From: Patescibacteria group bacterium
Lineage (GTDB): Bacteria > Patescibacteriota > Patescibacteriia > UBA10025
Assembly (NCBI GenBank): GCA_041671025.1
Contig: JBAZCI010000002.1
Location: 3,801-67,800, forward strand
DNA length: 64,000 bases
Reading direction: 5' to 3'
How positions within the stretch are numbered: the first letter of the stretch is position 1; the number at the start of each line of letters is the position of its first letter. The notes under the pieces were generated by a model. That model worked only from the letters and a program-made list of their open reading frames with translations, ran no database searches and had not been told where the DNA came from. The translations under genes were made by a program, and so were the position numbers. Of this stretch, positions 1-10,230 are shown one piece after another.

Positions 1-733
1 CGTTAACGTTAATTACCACGACGCCGTCTCCGAGATCAAGCGCAGATTCCAAAGAATCATGCAGACGCTGGGCATCCATATTTTTTTCTATCGTCAAGCG
101 GTCGACGACAACCTGAATCGTATGCTTCTTTTGTTTGTCGACAGCCAGGTCTTCAGCTTCTTCAATCGTGTACAGCACATCATCAAAACGGAGACGCACA
201 TACCCCGCTTTACGCACCTTTTCTATGACAGACTTATGCTCTCCTTTTTTATCCTTAATAATTGGAGCAAGTATAATTATTTTTGACCCCTGGGACAATG
301 ATGTGATTTGATCCTTGATCTGATCAACAGTCTGCCGGGATATTTCATCTCCACAATTAGGACAGTGCGGCCGACCGACGTGTGCATACAGCAAACGAAG
401 GTAGTCATAAATTTCCGTTACGGTACCGACCGTGGAACGTGGATTGTGGGATGTCGATTTTTGATCAATTGAAATTGCCGGAGACAGTCCGTCAATCTGA
501 TCAACGTCCGGCTTATCCATCAGTCCGAGAAATTGCCTGGCATATGCAGACAACGATTCAACATACCGGCGTTGGCCTTCCGCGTATATCGTGTCAAAAG
601 CCAAAGACGACTTACCGGATCCGGACAGGCCGGTAAAGACCACGAGCTTGTTCCTGGGTATATCAAGATTGACCCCTTTCAGATTGTGGACCCGGGCTCC
701 TCTGATGCGTATTTTTGGTTCGTTGTTTTGCAT
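1..733 (-). CDS. uvrA: Excinuclease ABC subunit A, N-terminal part; the gene continues beyond the left edge of the window
   Basis: Absent from the ORF track because there is no stop inside the window. The reverse complement from ATG (733-731) reads [68 protein letters not shown]...[12 protein letters not shown]. It has the Walker [10 protein letters not shown] and the UvrA zinc-finger context. Confidence 0.9.
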   Translation of the reverse strand, partial: MQNNEPKIRIRGARVHNLKGVNLDIPRNKLVVFTGLSGSGKSSLAFDTIYAEGQRRYVESLSAYARQFLGLMDKPDVDQIDGLSPAISIDQKSTSHNPRSTVGTVTEIYDYLRLLYAHVGRPHCPNCGDEISRQTVDQIKDQITSLSQGSKIIILAPIIKDKKGEHKSVIEKVRKAGYVRLRFDDVLYTIEEAEDLAVDKQKKHTIQVVVDRLTIEKNMDAQRLHDSLESALDLGDGVVVINVN

Positions 734-850
734 GAGATAAAAAAAATGAGAACTGGGGACATCTAAAAATGCGATAGCCAGTATATACTTTTTACGCAAA
801 GAGGTCAAGGGATGCGCCACAACAAGAGTATCTAGTATTGTAATTCTAAT

Positions 851-877
851 AAAAAAGGTAGTTCTGATTGAACTACC
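851..877 (-). terminator. Rho-independent terminator of the 873..2105 gene
   Basis: Stem GGTAGTTC (857-864) / GAACTACC (870-877) with a 5-nt loop overlaps the stop codon. On the minus strand it is followed by T6 (856-851). Confidence 0.6.
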
Positions 878-2105
878 TAGATAACTTGTATGTTATGAGA
901 TGACCATTTGCAACATCGAGTGCGCGCTCAAGATGATAAATCATCTTTTTTGGACGCGGTCGATGCGACTCGCGTTCTTGGCGATAATCCGCCATAGCCT
1001 GATCAAATACTATCAGGGACGAACAAGGAATAGATGACCTGCTGCAAGACTCTACCCTGCGGACCAACGTTGGCAGATAATCAGGCGGAGGAGCCGTCAA
1101 TTTCTCCCACATGCGCTTGGCGCTGGAAAGCGCCTCCCTTCTGACCGGAAGTTTCTGATTGACATCATCCGCGATATCCAACTGACGCCGGATCTCCGTG
1201 AGATCATGTAACTCTGTGCTCACTTCTACCATGCTCCGAAACTCTGTCATGTCCTTTCCGAACCGCTCGAGCTCCTGTTCAGCGTAGTGGCGCCGTAGCG
1301 CTGCCTGCCGATCCTGTTCCTGCTGATGAATAAATTCATCAACGGCACTGCGAACCTGGCCACCATAAGCCGATGTATACGCAACTGGACCGGACGCGAT
1401 GAATAATCGAGCAATACTCCGCCGCGGACAGACCATTCCCTTGCATGCATATGTACGACGAACGGATGCAGCTGCGGAGAACATCGCACACAACATCCAT
1501 CCATACCATATCAAACTGCCGAGCATGATCGTGCACCCTACGGCAACAAGCAAAAGCGCGTGAGTCGACTCGGACAAATTGTTGAGGTGGTACTCTATGC
1601 GTCGTCGAGATTCAGCCATGAGGATTTTGACTGACACGGTGTCAGCGTTACCCCGGTATTGCGGCAACATGTATGCGAAGAATGCATTGAGTTGATGATA
1701 ATTCGCATCTCGGTTCTGGAAAAAGGTATAGAAGAACGGATCCGGATTAATCTCGGCTCTGTCCCGCATAATCAGCTCGCCGTCCACCAAAACCGTTTCG
1801 GCAACTGCGGCTGCATCAGAAATTTTGATCCGATGCTCACCTGCATATGGCGAAAACCAAAATGTTCTGTCATCCGAAAACTCCTTAAATGAGAACTGAT
1901 CGAGATAGGCGCTCAATACCCTCCTTCCGGTTTCAAAGACATATGTGCCATTGTCCGAATCACGGTTGCACACCATCTCATGCACCGACGGCACGCCTCC
2001 CAAAACGATAATTGATGCGCCGATCAACCCGAAGACAACCAGCTTGACGCCCGGGTACCGCGTACTCGTCACTACTGAACGGATAATGCGAAACACTGAT
2101 ATCAT
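873..2105 (-). CDS. Hypothetical two-TM membrane protein with sensor-like topology and no recognisable output domain
   Basis: 410-aa ORF with an N-terminal TM ([18 protein letters not shown]), an external segment of about 160 aa, a second TM ([23 protein letters not shown]) and a charged helical C-terminal half. No family recognised. Confidence 0.6.
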   Translation of the reverse strand: MISVFRIIRSVVTSTRYPGVKLVVFGLIGASIIVLGGVPSVHEMVCNRDSDNGTYVFETGRRVLSAYLDQFSFKEFSDDRTFWFSPYAGEHRIKISDAAAVAETVLVDGELIMRDRAEINPDPFFYTFFQNRDANYHQLNAFFAYMLPQYRGNADTVSVKILMAESRRRIEYHLNNLSESTHALLLVAVGCTIMLGSLIWYGWMLCAMFSAAASVRRTYACKGMVCPRRSIARLFIASGPVAYTSAYGGQVRSAVDEFIHQQEQDRQAALRRHYAEQELERFGKDMTEFRSMVEVSTELHDLTEIRRQLDIADDVNQKLPVRREALSSAKRMWEKLTAPPPDYLPTLVRRVESCSRSSIPCSSLIVFDQAMADYRQERESHRPRPKKMIYHLERALDVANGHLITYKLSR

Positions 2106-2294
2106 AACTCCTCCCTCACCTATGAGTAATGAAAATAACAGTTTTTTTGCTTTTTATCTCGGGAAATTATCATGCGAGCGTCATTGTGTCAACATATAAA
2201 AAAAGGATTGTTTGGCGAACGTGCCCCCGAAAAAGTCGCTGAAATCGCTTCACCTCCTCGTAGCCTCGGGTTCGCAATGAAATACTTTTTTTCT

Positions 2295-2341
2295 TGTCAT
2301 TGCGAGTGAGGTCGCCTTTGGCGACCGACCGAAGCAATCTC
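2295..2341. repeat. Short palindromic element, GAGAT...ATGACA family (copy 1, long form)
   Basis: TGTCATTGCGAG-tgag-GTCGCC-ttt-GGCGAC-cgac-CGAAGCAATCTC. The outer arms ATTGC/GCAAT enclose an inner GTCGCC/GGCGAC hairpin. It shares termini with the copies at 21649, 21715 and 42072. Confidence 0.7.
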
Positions 2342-2379
2342 GATGTCATATATCTGCCGGTATGCCCGTGAATGATGTA

Positions 2380-2408
2380 TTGACATGTACTAAAGTAACT
2401 GTTACATT
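2380..2408 (+). promoter_or_regulatory. Sigma-70-like promoter for the 2467..3306 gene
   Basis: TTGACA (2380-2385), 17-nt spacer, TACATT (2403-2408). Confidence 0.5.
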
Positions 2409-2466
2409 CCCCTATCAAAAAGTTGTCAAAAAAATAACCAAACCCTTAATGACATGGAGGTATGTC

Positions 2467-3306
2467 ATGAACCGCTCATTAACATGGATTTTCATCGCGC
2501 TTATCATTTCCATTCTTCCCATCAACTGTTCTTTCGCATCTGACACCGTGCTTCCGGACTTCATCTGGCAGTGTCACATCGATCATGCCGAGAAATACGG
2601 CACGGCGCATGCGTCAGCAAAGCCGATTGCGTGGGGAACAGGCCTGTACGTTGCAAATAACAGCGAAACGTTATTTTATTTTTTTGCCTCTACCGACGAA
2701 CATGCCTACCTGCAACTTAAAATTTCGGCATTTTTTACATTCGCCCAATGGAAACAAACGAAAGTAAAAGTTGAATGGGCCGACGATATTTGGGGCATCA
2801 ATCCATTTGATCCGTTCACAAGAGTGACGACAACTATCCAGATGCTCAATCTACAAGATACCGGCTATGTCCTGGCAATTGACCGGGCTGTCACGGATCT
2901 GAACGACTTGCCCTTCTTCAAAGATATCACGGTGACTGAATATGACATTCTCACCACACCCTGGTGTTCATGGGAAGCCGACCGATGGGGAGATGTTATC
3001 GTGGACGACAAACAGTGTACGATAAATTTCGACTTTACAAGCCTCGATAATGATCTCCGCTGTCGTATTCACTTCCAGGAGAAGAGTATGTACTCAGCGT
3101 TTGATTGTATCGAATGTCAACAGATCGTTGAAGAACTTCAGCCGATATTTAGCTACCGGCCATACCGTATGAAGTCCGAATATTTTTTTGACTTTGTAAA
3201 CTTCGAGAAGTTTGAAGGCGATTCAACATCGTTCATTCGCACCATCGACAGCATCATGAAAGGCGTCGTTGATCAAGGAAGAATCACTGACGTCGTCTCT
3301 CGATAA
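2467..3306 (+). CDS. Hypothetical secreted protein
   Basis: Start chosen at the ATG 6 nt after GGAGG (2456-2460). Signal-peptide-like N-terminus MNRSLTWIFIALIISILPINCSFASD. 279 aa, Cys/Trp/Asp-rich, no family recognised. Confidence 0.65.
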   Translation: MNRSLTWIFIALIISILPINCSFASDTVLPDFIWQCHIDHAEKYGTAHASAKPIAWGTGLYVANNSETLFYFFASTDEHAYLQLKISAFFTFAQWKQTKVKVEWADDIWGINPFDPFTRVTTTIQMLNLQDTGYVLAIDRAVTDLNDLPFFKDITVTEYDILTTPWCSWEADRWGDVIVDDKQCTINFDFTSLDNDLRCRIHFQEKSMYSAFDCIECQQIVEELQPIFSYRPYRMKSEYFFDFVNFEKFEGDSTSFIRTIDSIMKGVVDQGRITDVVSR

Positions 3307-3383
3307 TACTGGCGCGCTGTTCGCCAATGAGCTGTACTCCGTACGGCTTTTTTTTATTTTTCTTATTCCGCTATACTGCTTAT

Positions 3384-5144
3384 ATGAATACCGTCCAGGA
3401 ACAACTTAAGCGCATCGGAGTCCAGCCGGGCATTTATCAATTTTTTGATCAGACCGGACGGCTTTTGTACATTGGCAAAGCCAAAAATCTCAAAAACCGC
3501 GTGAGATCTTATTTTCACAAACGTGCAGAATTGTCACCCGCTAAACAAATCATGATTGAAAAGATACGCCGGATTGAAACCATTCTCACACATTCCGAAA
3601 CAGAGGCACTGCTCCTGGAATCGACACTCATCAAACAACATCAGCCGCCGTTTAATATTGACCTCAAAGACGACAAAAACTTTCTCTACATCAAGGTCAC
3701 CGTCCAGGAAGAATACCCGAGAGTGTTTGCAACGCGCATCCTCGCCCGGGACAAGGCAAAATATTTCGGACCATTCACGTCAGCCGAAGCGGTACGAGAC
3801 ACGCTTCGTGTATTAAAGAAAATATTCCCCCATCGGAATTTCCAAAAAATGCCGACAAAAACTCACGTCCAGTACCTGACCCGCCGGTATCCGCAATTAT
3901 TCGGTCCCGCACAAAAAACAGAATACCTTGAGCACATCAGGCATATCCTTCTTTTTTTACAGGGACGCTACCGTGAAGTTACCGCACAAGTAACGGAACG
4001 CATGCGGAAAGCCGCGGCAGCAAAGCAATTTGAAAAAGCAGCGCAATACCGGGACTCGCTGCGACTGTTAGATCGTATGCAGGAGCGCCAGCGGGTGATC
4101 TCCACATCACTCAAGACTTTTGACGTTATCGGCATCGCTCAGGAAGAGCAAAAAGTTGCGCTCTCCCTCTGCTTTATCCGTGAAGGCAAACTGCTCGGCA
4201 AAAATGATTTCCTCATGACCAACACAACTGAAGAACCCGTGAAGGAGCTTGTCCGTATTTTTATCGAGCGGTATTACCCTTCATCGCCGGAACATGTCAA
4301 AACAGTCGTTGTCCCCGCGCTTCCGGATACGACAACTGAAATATCCCACGTTTTGGGTATCACACTGGTGCGAGCACAGCGCGGTGAGAAAAAAGCGCTC
4401 GTCGACCTCGCAGAACTCAACGCACGCGACCATCTCATCCGCATATCAACTCGTCAGCCGCTCCAAACGGGGAAAATAAAACAAGCGCTGGTCGAACTTG
4501 CCAAAGAAACGGGGCTGTCCCAACCGCCGCGGAGGATTGAGTGTTTTGATATTTCAAATATTCAGGGCGCGCATCCGGTCGGATCAATGGTAGTTTTTCA
4601 CGACGGTCTTCCTGCTAAGCAAGAATACCGGAAATTTAAAATCAAAACCGTGAAAGGCGCAAACGACCCCGCGATGATGGCTGAAGTATTGAAACGGCGT
4701 TTTGGTCCGTCACATCAAGAGACCTGGAAACGACCCGAATTAATTATTCTTGATGGCGGCAAGGGGCAGCTCTCTATTGTCCATGAAGCCATATCTTCCA
4801 ACCTCAACGGCATTACCCTCCTTGCACTCGCGAAGCGTGAAGAGATCCTCCACCGCCTTGAACACCCGCAGGAAATCATTCTTCCCCCCGGACCCGCATA
4901 TTATCTGATTCAGCGTATCCGAGACGAAGCACACCGGTTTGCAATCGGTTATTACCGCAAGCGCCACCGAAAAAGCTCGATCACGTCAATACTGGATGAA
5001 ATTCCCGGTTTTGGCACCGTCCGCAAACGTGCACTTCTACGTGCGTTTGGATCAATCGATGCCCTGCGTCAGGCTCCCCCAAAAGAGCTTGAACGGCTAG
5101 TCGGTCCTAAAATAGCTCAATCAATTCTAGAAAAACTCTTATGA
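3384..5144 (+). CDS. uvrC: Excinuclease ABC subunit C
   Basis: GIY-YIG motif (GIYQFFDQTGRLLYIGKAKNLKNRVRSYF), a UvrBC-interaction region and a C-terminal (HhH)2-like tail. Start moved to MNTVQEQL because TATACT lies 6 nt upstream. Confidence 0.93.
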   Translation: MNTVQEQLKRIGVQPGIYQFFDQTGRLLYIGKAKNLKNRVRSYFHKRAELSPAKQIMIEKIRRIETILTHSETEALLLESTLIKQHQPPFNIDLKDDKNFLYIKVTVQEEYPRVFATRILARDKAKYFGPFTSAEAVRDTLRVLKKIFPHRNFQKMPTKTHVQYLTRRYPQLFGPAQKTEYLEHIRHILLFLQGRYREVTAQVTERMRKAAAAKQFEKAAQYRDSLRLLDRMQERQRVISTSLKTFDVIGIAQEEQKVALSLCFIREGKLLGKNDFLMTNTTEEPVKELVRIFIERYYPSSPEHVKTVVVPALPDTTTEISHVLGITLVRAQRGEKKALVDLAELNARDHLIRISTRQPLQTGKIKQALVELAKETGLSQPPRRIECFDISNIQGAHPVGSMVVFHDGLPAKQEYRKFKIKTVKGANDPAMMAEVLKRRFGPSHQETWKRPELIILDGGKGQLSIVHEAISSNLNGITLLALAKREEILHRLEHPQEIILPPGPAYYLIQRIRDEAHRFAIGYYRKRHRKSSITSILDEIPGFGTVRKRALLRAFGSIDALRQAPPKELERLVGPKIAQSILEKLL

Positions 5145-5378
5145 CCGTCAAAATACCTTCACCTGCGGATGAAGAGCGCATTGACCGAATATACCGCCTG
5201 CGTGACCACCGCAAAAAACAGCGTATGAAAATTTCGGGCAAAAGCGTTTTCGGCATCCAGCGCATCATTACCGGACGGGCAAAGCGGAAACCCGGCACAT
5301 CCCCCAGAAACAGCCGTCATTGACAACCGAGATGTTATCTGGTATCGTATATCTACACTTTTTTCAGAATTTTTTGTT

Positions 5379-5609
5379 ATGAAAAACATACTCATCATCG
5401 CTCAAATCTGCATTTCCGCTATTCTGGTCGTTGCAATACTGCTTCAGAACAAGGGCGCCGACGCTGGATCAATCTTTGGCGGCGGAGGCGGGGGCGACGG
5501 TAATGTCTATACGACTAAAAGGGGAATTGAAAAAATTCTCTTTATCTCTACCATCGTCATTGCAATCCTTTTTATTGGCATTTCTTTGGCCAACATTGTT
5601 ATCAGCTAA
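5379..5609 (+). CDS. secG: Preprotein translocase subunit SecG
   Basis: 76 aa, two TM segments, with the characteristic LLQNKGADAGSIFGGGG loop. Confidence 0.8.
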   Translation: MKNILIIAQICISAILVVAILLQNKGADAGSIFGGGGGGDGNVYTTKRGIEKILFISTIVIAILFIGISLANIVIS

Positions 5610-5642
5610 AACGCACCGCGTGAAGCGCATAATTTTTTCTGT

Positions 5643-7445
5643 GTGAAACCGACCGTCTTCGATCGCGTCAAAAACATCTTCCATAGGCAGGCGGCGCCGG
5701 AAGCCGCAGCTCAACACGCTGAATGGGATAAAAAGCTGGTTTTTTCCTTGGCGAAATCGCGATTTCCTTCGGTAAGACAGCTCGCCTATTTGCCGCGTTA
5801 TTTATCCCTCCGGGAACGCGTTATTGTGCGTACCGCGATATTTTTGACGGTAGCCGCGATCGTTTTTTTAAGCGCACGATTTTACCAGCGGCATATCGAG
5901 ATCCTCCCGCGTGAAGGTGGCGAATATGTCGAGGCACTCATCGGCCAGCCTCAGCACATTAATCCCGCACTCGCTGGAACTAATGATACAGACATGGATC
6001 TTGCGCGTCTGATGTATTCCAGCCTACTGCGATTTGACGAGAAACAACAGCTCGTGACCGACCTTGCTGAACGCTACGAGATCAGTGAAGACAAAAAAAC
6101 ATACACAGTTATCCTGAAGCAGAACATTCGCTGGCACGACGGCGAACCGCTCACTGCGGACGACGTACTCTTCACCGTAGATACGATACAAAATCCGGTC
6201 ATTAACAGCCCTCTGCTCTCCAGCCTCAAAGGCGTCACCGTGGAAAAGATTGATGACCAAACGGTAAAGTTCACAATCACCGAACCGTTCGCACCGTTCC
6301 TTTCATCGCTCACCTTCGGCATTTTACCTGTGCATATTTGGGGAGACGTACTTCCCGAAAGCATAGGGCTGGCAGAGTTCAATATCCGCCCTGTCGGCTC
6401 CGGCCCGTACCAATTTGCCTCGCTTCAAAAAAATAGGAATGGCGACATCAAGTCATATACCCTCAAATCCTACCGCGGATACCACGGACAGGTACCGTAC
6501 ATCTCTACAATCATGGTCAAGTTTTATCCCGATTTTGACAGCGCGCTTGAAGCGGCAAAAAATAAAAACGTTGACGGTGTCAGCTTTGTTCCCCGGAGTA
6601 AGCAGTCCATGCTCGCGCGCAACGATGATATCCTCATCCGCAGATTTGAATTGCCTCAATACACCGCAATCTTTTTCAACCAAAAAAACGGCCTCATGAA
6701 AGACAAAAGTATCCGCCAAGCCTTTGCCATGGCTGTTGATCGCCAGGCGCTCGTGACACAAGTACTGGGAGCTGACGGGACGCTTGTGAATGGACCAATT
6801 CCGGAGGGGTTCATCGGATACTCTCCTGATATCAGCATTCCCGCATTTGACCCCGTTGCAGCCCGTAAAATACTGGATGACAATAAGTGGGCATTTCTCG
6901 AGGGAGAAACCGTTCGAAAAAAAGGATCCGCCGAGCTGCGATTTACACTCACGACCGTCGATCAGCCCGACTACGTACGGACCGCTGAATTGCTGAAAGC
7001 CGCGTGGGAATCTATTAATGTGGGCGTCACCATCAACATCGTTCCGCCCACCCGTTTCCAGCAGGATATCCTGCGAACGAAAAACTACGAAGCCCTCCTC
7101 TATGGCGAACTTATCGGCTCAGATCCCGACCCATTCCCTTTCTGGCATTCATCTCAAAGTCTCGGCGAAGGACTGAACTTATCCAACTACTTTAACAAGA
7201 ACGCGGACAAACTTCTCCAGGATGCTCGACAGACAACTTCCCTCGAGGAACGGGAAAAGATGTACATCGAATTCCAGAAAATTCTCGCAGACGACCTTCC
7301 CGCTCTTTTCCTCTTTTCTCCTTCATACTTATACGCCGTCCATAAAGATGTTCGCGGCATAGATACCGAGCGCGTCATCCTGCCTACCGACCGTCTTAAC
7401 GGTATTGCAGGATGGTATATCAAAACGCGCCGCGGATGGAAATAA
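5643..7445 (+). CDS. ABC transporter solute-binding protein, family 5 (peptide/nickel type), membrane-anchored
   Basis: GTG start, N-terminal TM (VIVRTAIFLTVAAIVFLSA) and an SBP_bac_5-like body (RWHDGEPLTADDVLFT, VGSGPYQF). No permease or ATPase genes are adjacent. Confidence 0.85.
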   Translation: MKPTVFDRVKNIFHRQAAPEAAAQHAEWDKKLVFSLAKSRFPSVRQLAYLPRYLSLRERVIVRTAIFLTVAAIVFLSARFYQRHIEILPREGGEYVEALIGQPQHINPALAGTNDTDMDLARLMYSSLLRFDEKQQLVTDLAERYEISEDKKTYTVILKQNIRWHDGEPLTADDVLFTVDTIQNPVINSPLLSSLKGVTVEKIDDQTVKFTITEPFAPFLSSLTFGILPVHIWGDVLPESIGLAEFNIRPVGSGPYQFASLQKNRNGDIKSYTLKSYRGYHGQVPYISTIMVKFYPDFDSALEAAKNKNVDGVSFVPRSKQSMLARNDDILIRRFELPQYTAIFFNQKNGLMKDKSIRQAFAMAVDRQALVTQVLGADGTLVNGPIPEGFIGYSPDISIPAFDPVAARKILDDNKWAFLEGETVRKKGSAELRFTLTTVDQPDYVRTAELLKAAWESINVGVTINIVPPTRFQQDILRTKNYEALLYGELIGSDPDPFPFWHSSQSLGEGLNLSNYFNKNADKLLQDARQTTSLEEREKMYIEFQKILADDLPALFLFSPSYLYAVHKDVRGIDTERVILPTDRLNGIAGWYIKTRRGWK

Positions 7446-7591
7446 GACCGTCGCAATAGCGATACATATCCTTTTTTCCCGGCAGCCCGGGATCCTTCAC
7501 ATGATGCCCTGGTGGTGGAATTGTCCTGAACTACGTTGAGTTCACGACATCATGTACCCTCTGTGGCACATCATGGTAGACAACTATTTTA

Positions 7592-7675
7592 GCCGGAGTG
7601 GCGGAACTGGTAGACGCGCACGGTTCAGAGCCGTGTGGGGGTAACCCCGTAGGAGTTCGAGTCTCCTCCCCGGCA
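7592..7675 (+). tRNA. tRNA-Leu (anticodon CAG), long variable arm, no encoded CCA
   Basis: GCCGGAGTGGCGGAACTGGTAGACGCGCACGGTTCAGAGCCGTGTGGGGGTAACCCCGTAGGAGTTCGAGTCTCCTCCCCGGCA. The anticodon stem-loop is CACGG-TTCAGAG-CCGTG, with a T-arm AGGAG-TTCGAGT-CTCCT and one A.C mismatch in the acceptor stem. Confidence 0.85.
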
Positions 7676-7744
7676 TATCTCAACATTAGACTTAAGCAAG
7701 ATTCTCCCATTCTCGATGGGCAGATACAGTAATTATTTCAATCA

Positions 7745-9460
7745 ATGAAAAAAGAACAACCAAATAGACTCAGACAAAAAGTACAGGAAAAAACAACTAA
7801 CGCATTGCGCATTATTCCGCTCGGCGGACAGGAGGAAGTCGGCCGCAATATGACCCTCTTTGAATACGGTAAAGATATCGTTATTCTCGACATGGGCCTG
7901 CAATTCCCCGAAGAAGACATGCTCGGCGTAGACTACATTATTCCGAATATTACCTATTTACGCGGAAAGGAAAAAAATATCCGCGGTGTTATCTTTAGTC
8001 ACGGACATCTCGATCATATCGGCGCTGCGCCCTTATTGCTCGAACGGCTTGGAAATCCGCTCGTCATCGGTCGTCCGCTTACCCTCGCCCTGTTGAAGAA
8101 CAGACAGGAAGACTACAAAAAAGGTTCGGTCAAGCGGCTAAAGACTCTCACCATTAAATCCATTTCAGATACCCTCCGACTTGGAAACTTTACCGTAAAA
8201 TTCTTCCCTGTCGACCACTCGATTATGGATGCCGTCGGCGTCATCCTTGAGACTCCGCACGGCTCTGCAGTCCATCTCGGCGACTGGACGTATGAAAAAG
8301 ATCCGGTCGGACGCCGGGGAGTAGAGTACACGCACCTTTCGCGCCTGCGCAAGCCGACGATTGTTATGCTTGAAAGTTTGGGCTCGACCAATACACGGGA
8401 GCGGGTATCCGAGCAGATGATGTTTACAAATATTGAGAAACTCATTCAGGGCGCACCGGGACGGGTGATCATCGGAACATTCTCCTCGCAAATCGAGCGC
8501 ATCAAGCACATTCTTGAATATGCCCAGCGCATCGGTAAGAAAGTTGCCCTCGACGGATACAGTATGAAAGTAAACATCGAGACGGCAAAAAAGCTCGGCT
8601 ACATCAAGGTTGCCCAGCATGTGCTCATCACACCCGAACAAGTTGATAAATATCCCGATGAAAAGGTAGTGATTATCTGCACGGGTGCCCAGGGAGAGAG
8701 TAACGCAGTTCTCTCGCGCATCGTGACCGGAAATCACCGGTCCATCCGCATCAAAAAGACCGACACTATCATCTTCTCCTCTTCGGTCATTCCGGGCAAT
8801 GAACGTACGATCCAACGGCTCAAAGACAGCCTGTATCGCCTCTGCGACAATGTAGTGCACAGCGATATCATGGACATTCATTCAAGCGGCCACAGCACCG
8901 CACGAGACATGCTGACCGTACTCAAACAGATCAGGCCGAGTTATTTCGTCCCCGTTTATGCAAATCACTATTTCCTTAAGGAAGCCGAGAAGCTCGCGGT
9001 ACGCCACGGATTTCCTAAAGAACATGTGTTCGTTCTCGATAACGGGTCAGTTCTCGAATTTAACAACGGCAAAGCTCAGATTCTGCCCAAAAAAGTTCCG
9101 ACGGATTATGTATTCGTCGACGGACTAGGAGTCGGCGACATTTCACACGTCGTTCTGCGGGACCGACAAACACTCGCCGGCGACGGCATGGTGGTAATCA
9201 TTGTTACCGTCGACGCTAAAACGGGAAAACTGGTCGGCAACCCCGACATCATTTCCCGCGGCTTCGTGCACATGAAAACAAGCACGCGCCTTATTGACGA
9301 GACAAAGAAGAAAATTCAGACTATGTTCCAACAACGTGATCCGCAATCAAAAGCAAACGATGCATATATTGCCAACAAACTGCGGGATGACATTGGTCAG
9401 TTCCTCTTCTCCCGCACGAACCGGCGACCGATGATACTGCCCGTTGTTATTGATGTGTAA
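7745..9460 (+). CDS. rnj: Ribonuclease J
   Basis: Metallo-beta-lactamase motif SHGHLDHIG, a beta-CASP body and an RNase J C-terminal domain. 571 aa. Confidence 0.92.
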   Translation: MKKEQPNRLRQKVQEKTTNALRIIPLGGQEEVGRNMTLFEYGKDIVILDMGLQFPEEDMLGVDYIIPNITYLRGKEKNIRGVIFSHGHLDHIGAAPLLLERLGNPLVIGRPLTLALLKNRQEDYKKGSVKRLKTLTIKSISDTLRLGNFTVKFFPVDHSIMDAVGVILETPHGSAVHLGDWTYEKDPVGRRGVEYTHLSRLRKPTIVMLESLGSTNTRERVSEQMMFTNIEKLIQGAPGRVIIGTFSSQIERIKHILEYAQRIGKKVALDGYSMKVNIETAKKLGYIKVAQHVLITPEQVDKYPDEKVVIICTGAQGESNAVLSRIVTGNHRSIRIKKTDTIIFSSSVIPGNERTIQRLKDSLYRLCDNVVHSDIMDIHSSGHSTARDMLTVLKQIRPSYFVPVYANHYFLKEAEKLAVRHGFPKEHVFVLDNGSVLEFNNGKAQILPKKVPTDYVFVDGLGVGDISHVVLRDRQTLAGDGMVVIIVTVDAKTGKLVGNPDIISRGFVHMKTSTRLIDETKKKIQTMFQQRDPQSKANDAYIANKLRDDIGQFLFSRTNRRPMILPVVIDV

Positions 9461-9529
9461 GCATGGCATCATTTACCGATCTGCATCGTTAACCAATCTA
9501 TGAACAACGGTAAAAATTATCCAACATGT

Positions 9530-9551
9530 GCGCACCCTGACTAGGGTGCGC
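9530..9551. repeat. GC-rich hairpin, GCGCACCC...GGGTGCGC family
   Basis: GCGCACCCT-gact-AGGGTGCGC followed by TTGG. The same stem sequence recurs at 18149, 21589 and 25069. It lies between rnj and the next gene. Confidence 0.7.
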
Positions 9552-9557
9552 TTGGCT

Positions 9558-10193
9558 ATGGAAACAATTCTCGGTATCCATCTGAATATTCCCGAACCAT
9601 TTGCACGTCGTATTCTAGAAGCAATTCGCAAAACTCAAATTGTGTATCCGCGAAATTACACATACACACCGCACATGACGCTCTATCTGTGTCGTTTTTC
9701 TGCACGACGTTTTCCGGTCCTCATACACTCGCTGGAAGCACTTCAACTTAAACCAGTTCGTATTACACCCATCGGCGTACGTGCCCACCGGCATAAAAAC
9801 CATGCATTTCTTTCACTTGATCTGGTCCGCACGTCTACAATACTACAGCTTCACGCTCAAATACTCCGTATCGCTAATCCGATGCGCGGAAATCTCCTGC
9901 GATCTCGAGATAAAAGCCGCCTTGCCCAAAATATATTCTCTGCAAAAGAACGGCGACTGTTGTCACAATATGGATACCACCGAGTGGCCGGTGCATATCG
10001 ACCGCATATCACATTAGGCGAAATAGCATGGAAACAAGGTCATTCGAGAGTAACTCAGCTCACGAAAACATTACGCACGCTTAACGGAATAAAAATAACC
10101 CTATCTCATCTTGTCATAGGTATGTACCGCTACGATCAAGCGACCGAAACATACACAGAACCTTCTGTTGAAAGATTGCTTCGCCTTACATGA
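9558..10193 (+). CDS. 2H phosphoesterase family protein (RNA 2',3'-cyclic phosphodiesterase / LigT-like)
   Basis: Two H-x-T/S-x motifs (TPHMTLYL and RPHITLGE) at the expected spacing. Start placed at METILG so that the upstream hairpin stays non-coding; the start itself is uncertain. Confidence 0.7.
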   Translation: METILGIHLNIPEPFARRILEAIRKTQIVYPRNYTYTPHMTLYLCRFSARRFPVLIHSLEALQLKPVRITPIGVRAHRHKNHAFLSLDLVRTSTILQLHAQILRIANPMRGNLLRSRDKSRLAQNIFSAKERRLLSQYGYHRVAGAYRPHITLGEIAWKQGHSRVTQLTKTLRTLNGIKITLSHLVIGMYRYDQATETYTEPSVERLLRLT

Positions 10194-10230
10194 TATAGTC
10201 AGTACAGAGTAAATCCGCTACAATACATCC

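Noticed and set aside
9528-9557. GTG start at 9528 for the 2H phosphoesterase, as given in the ORF track.
   Set aside because: It would translate straight through the 9-bp GC hairpin that belongs to a recurring intergenic family. The ATG at 9558 keeps the hairpin non-coding. This remains uncertain.
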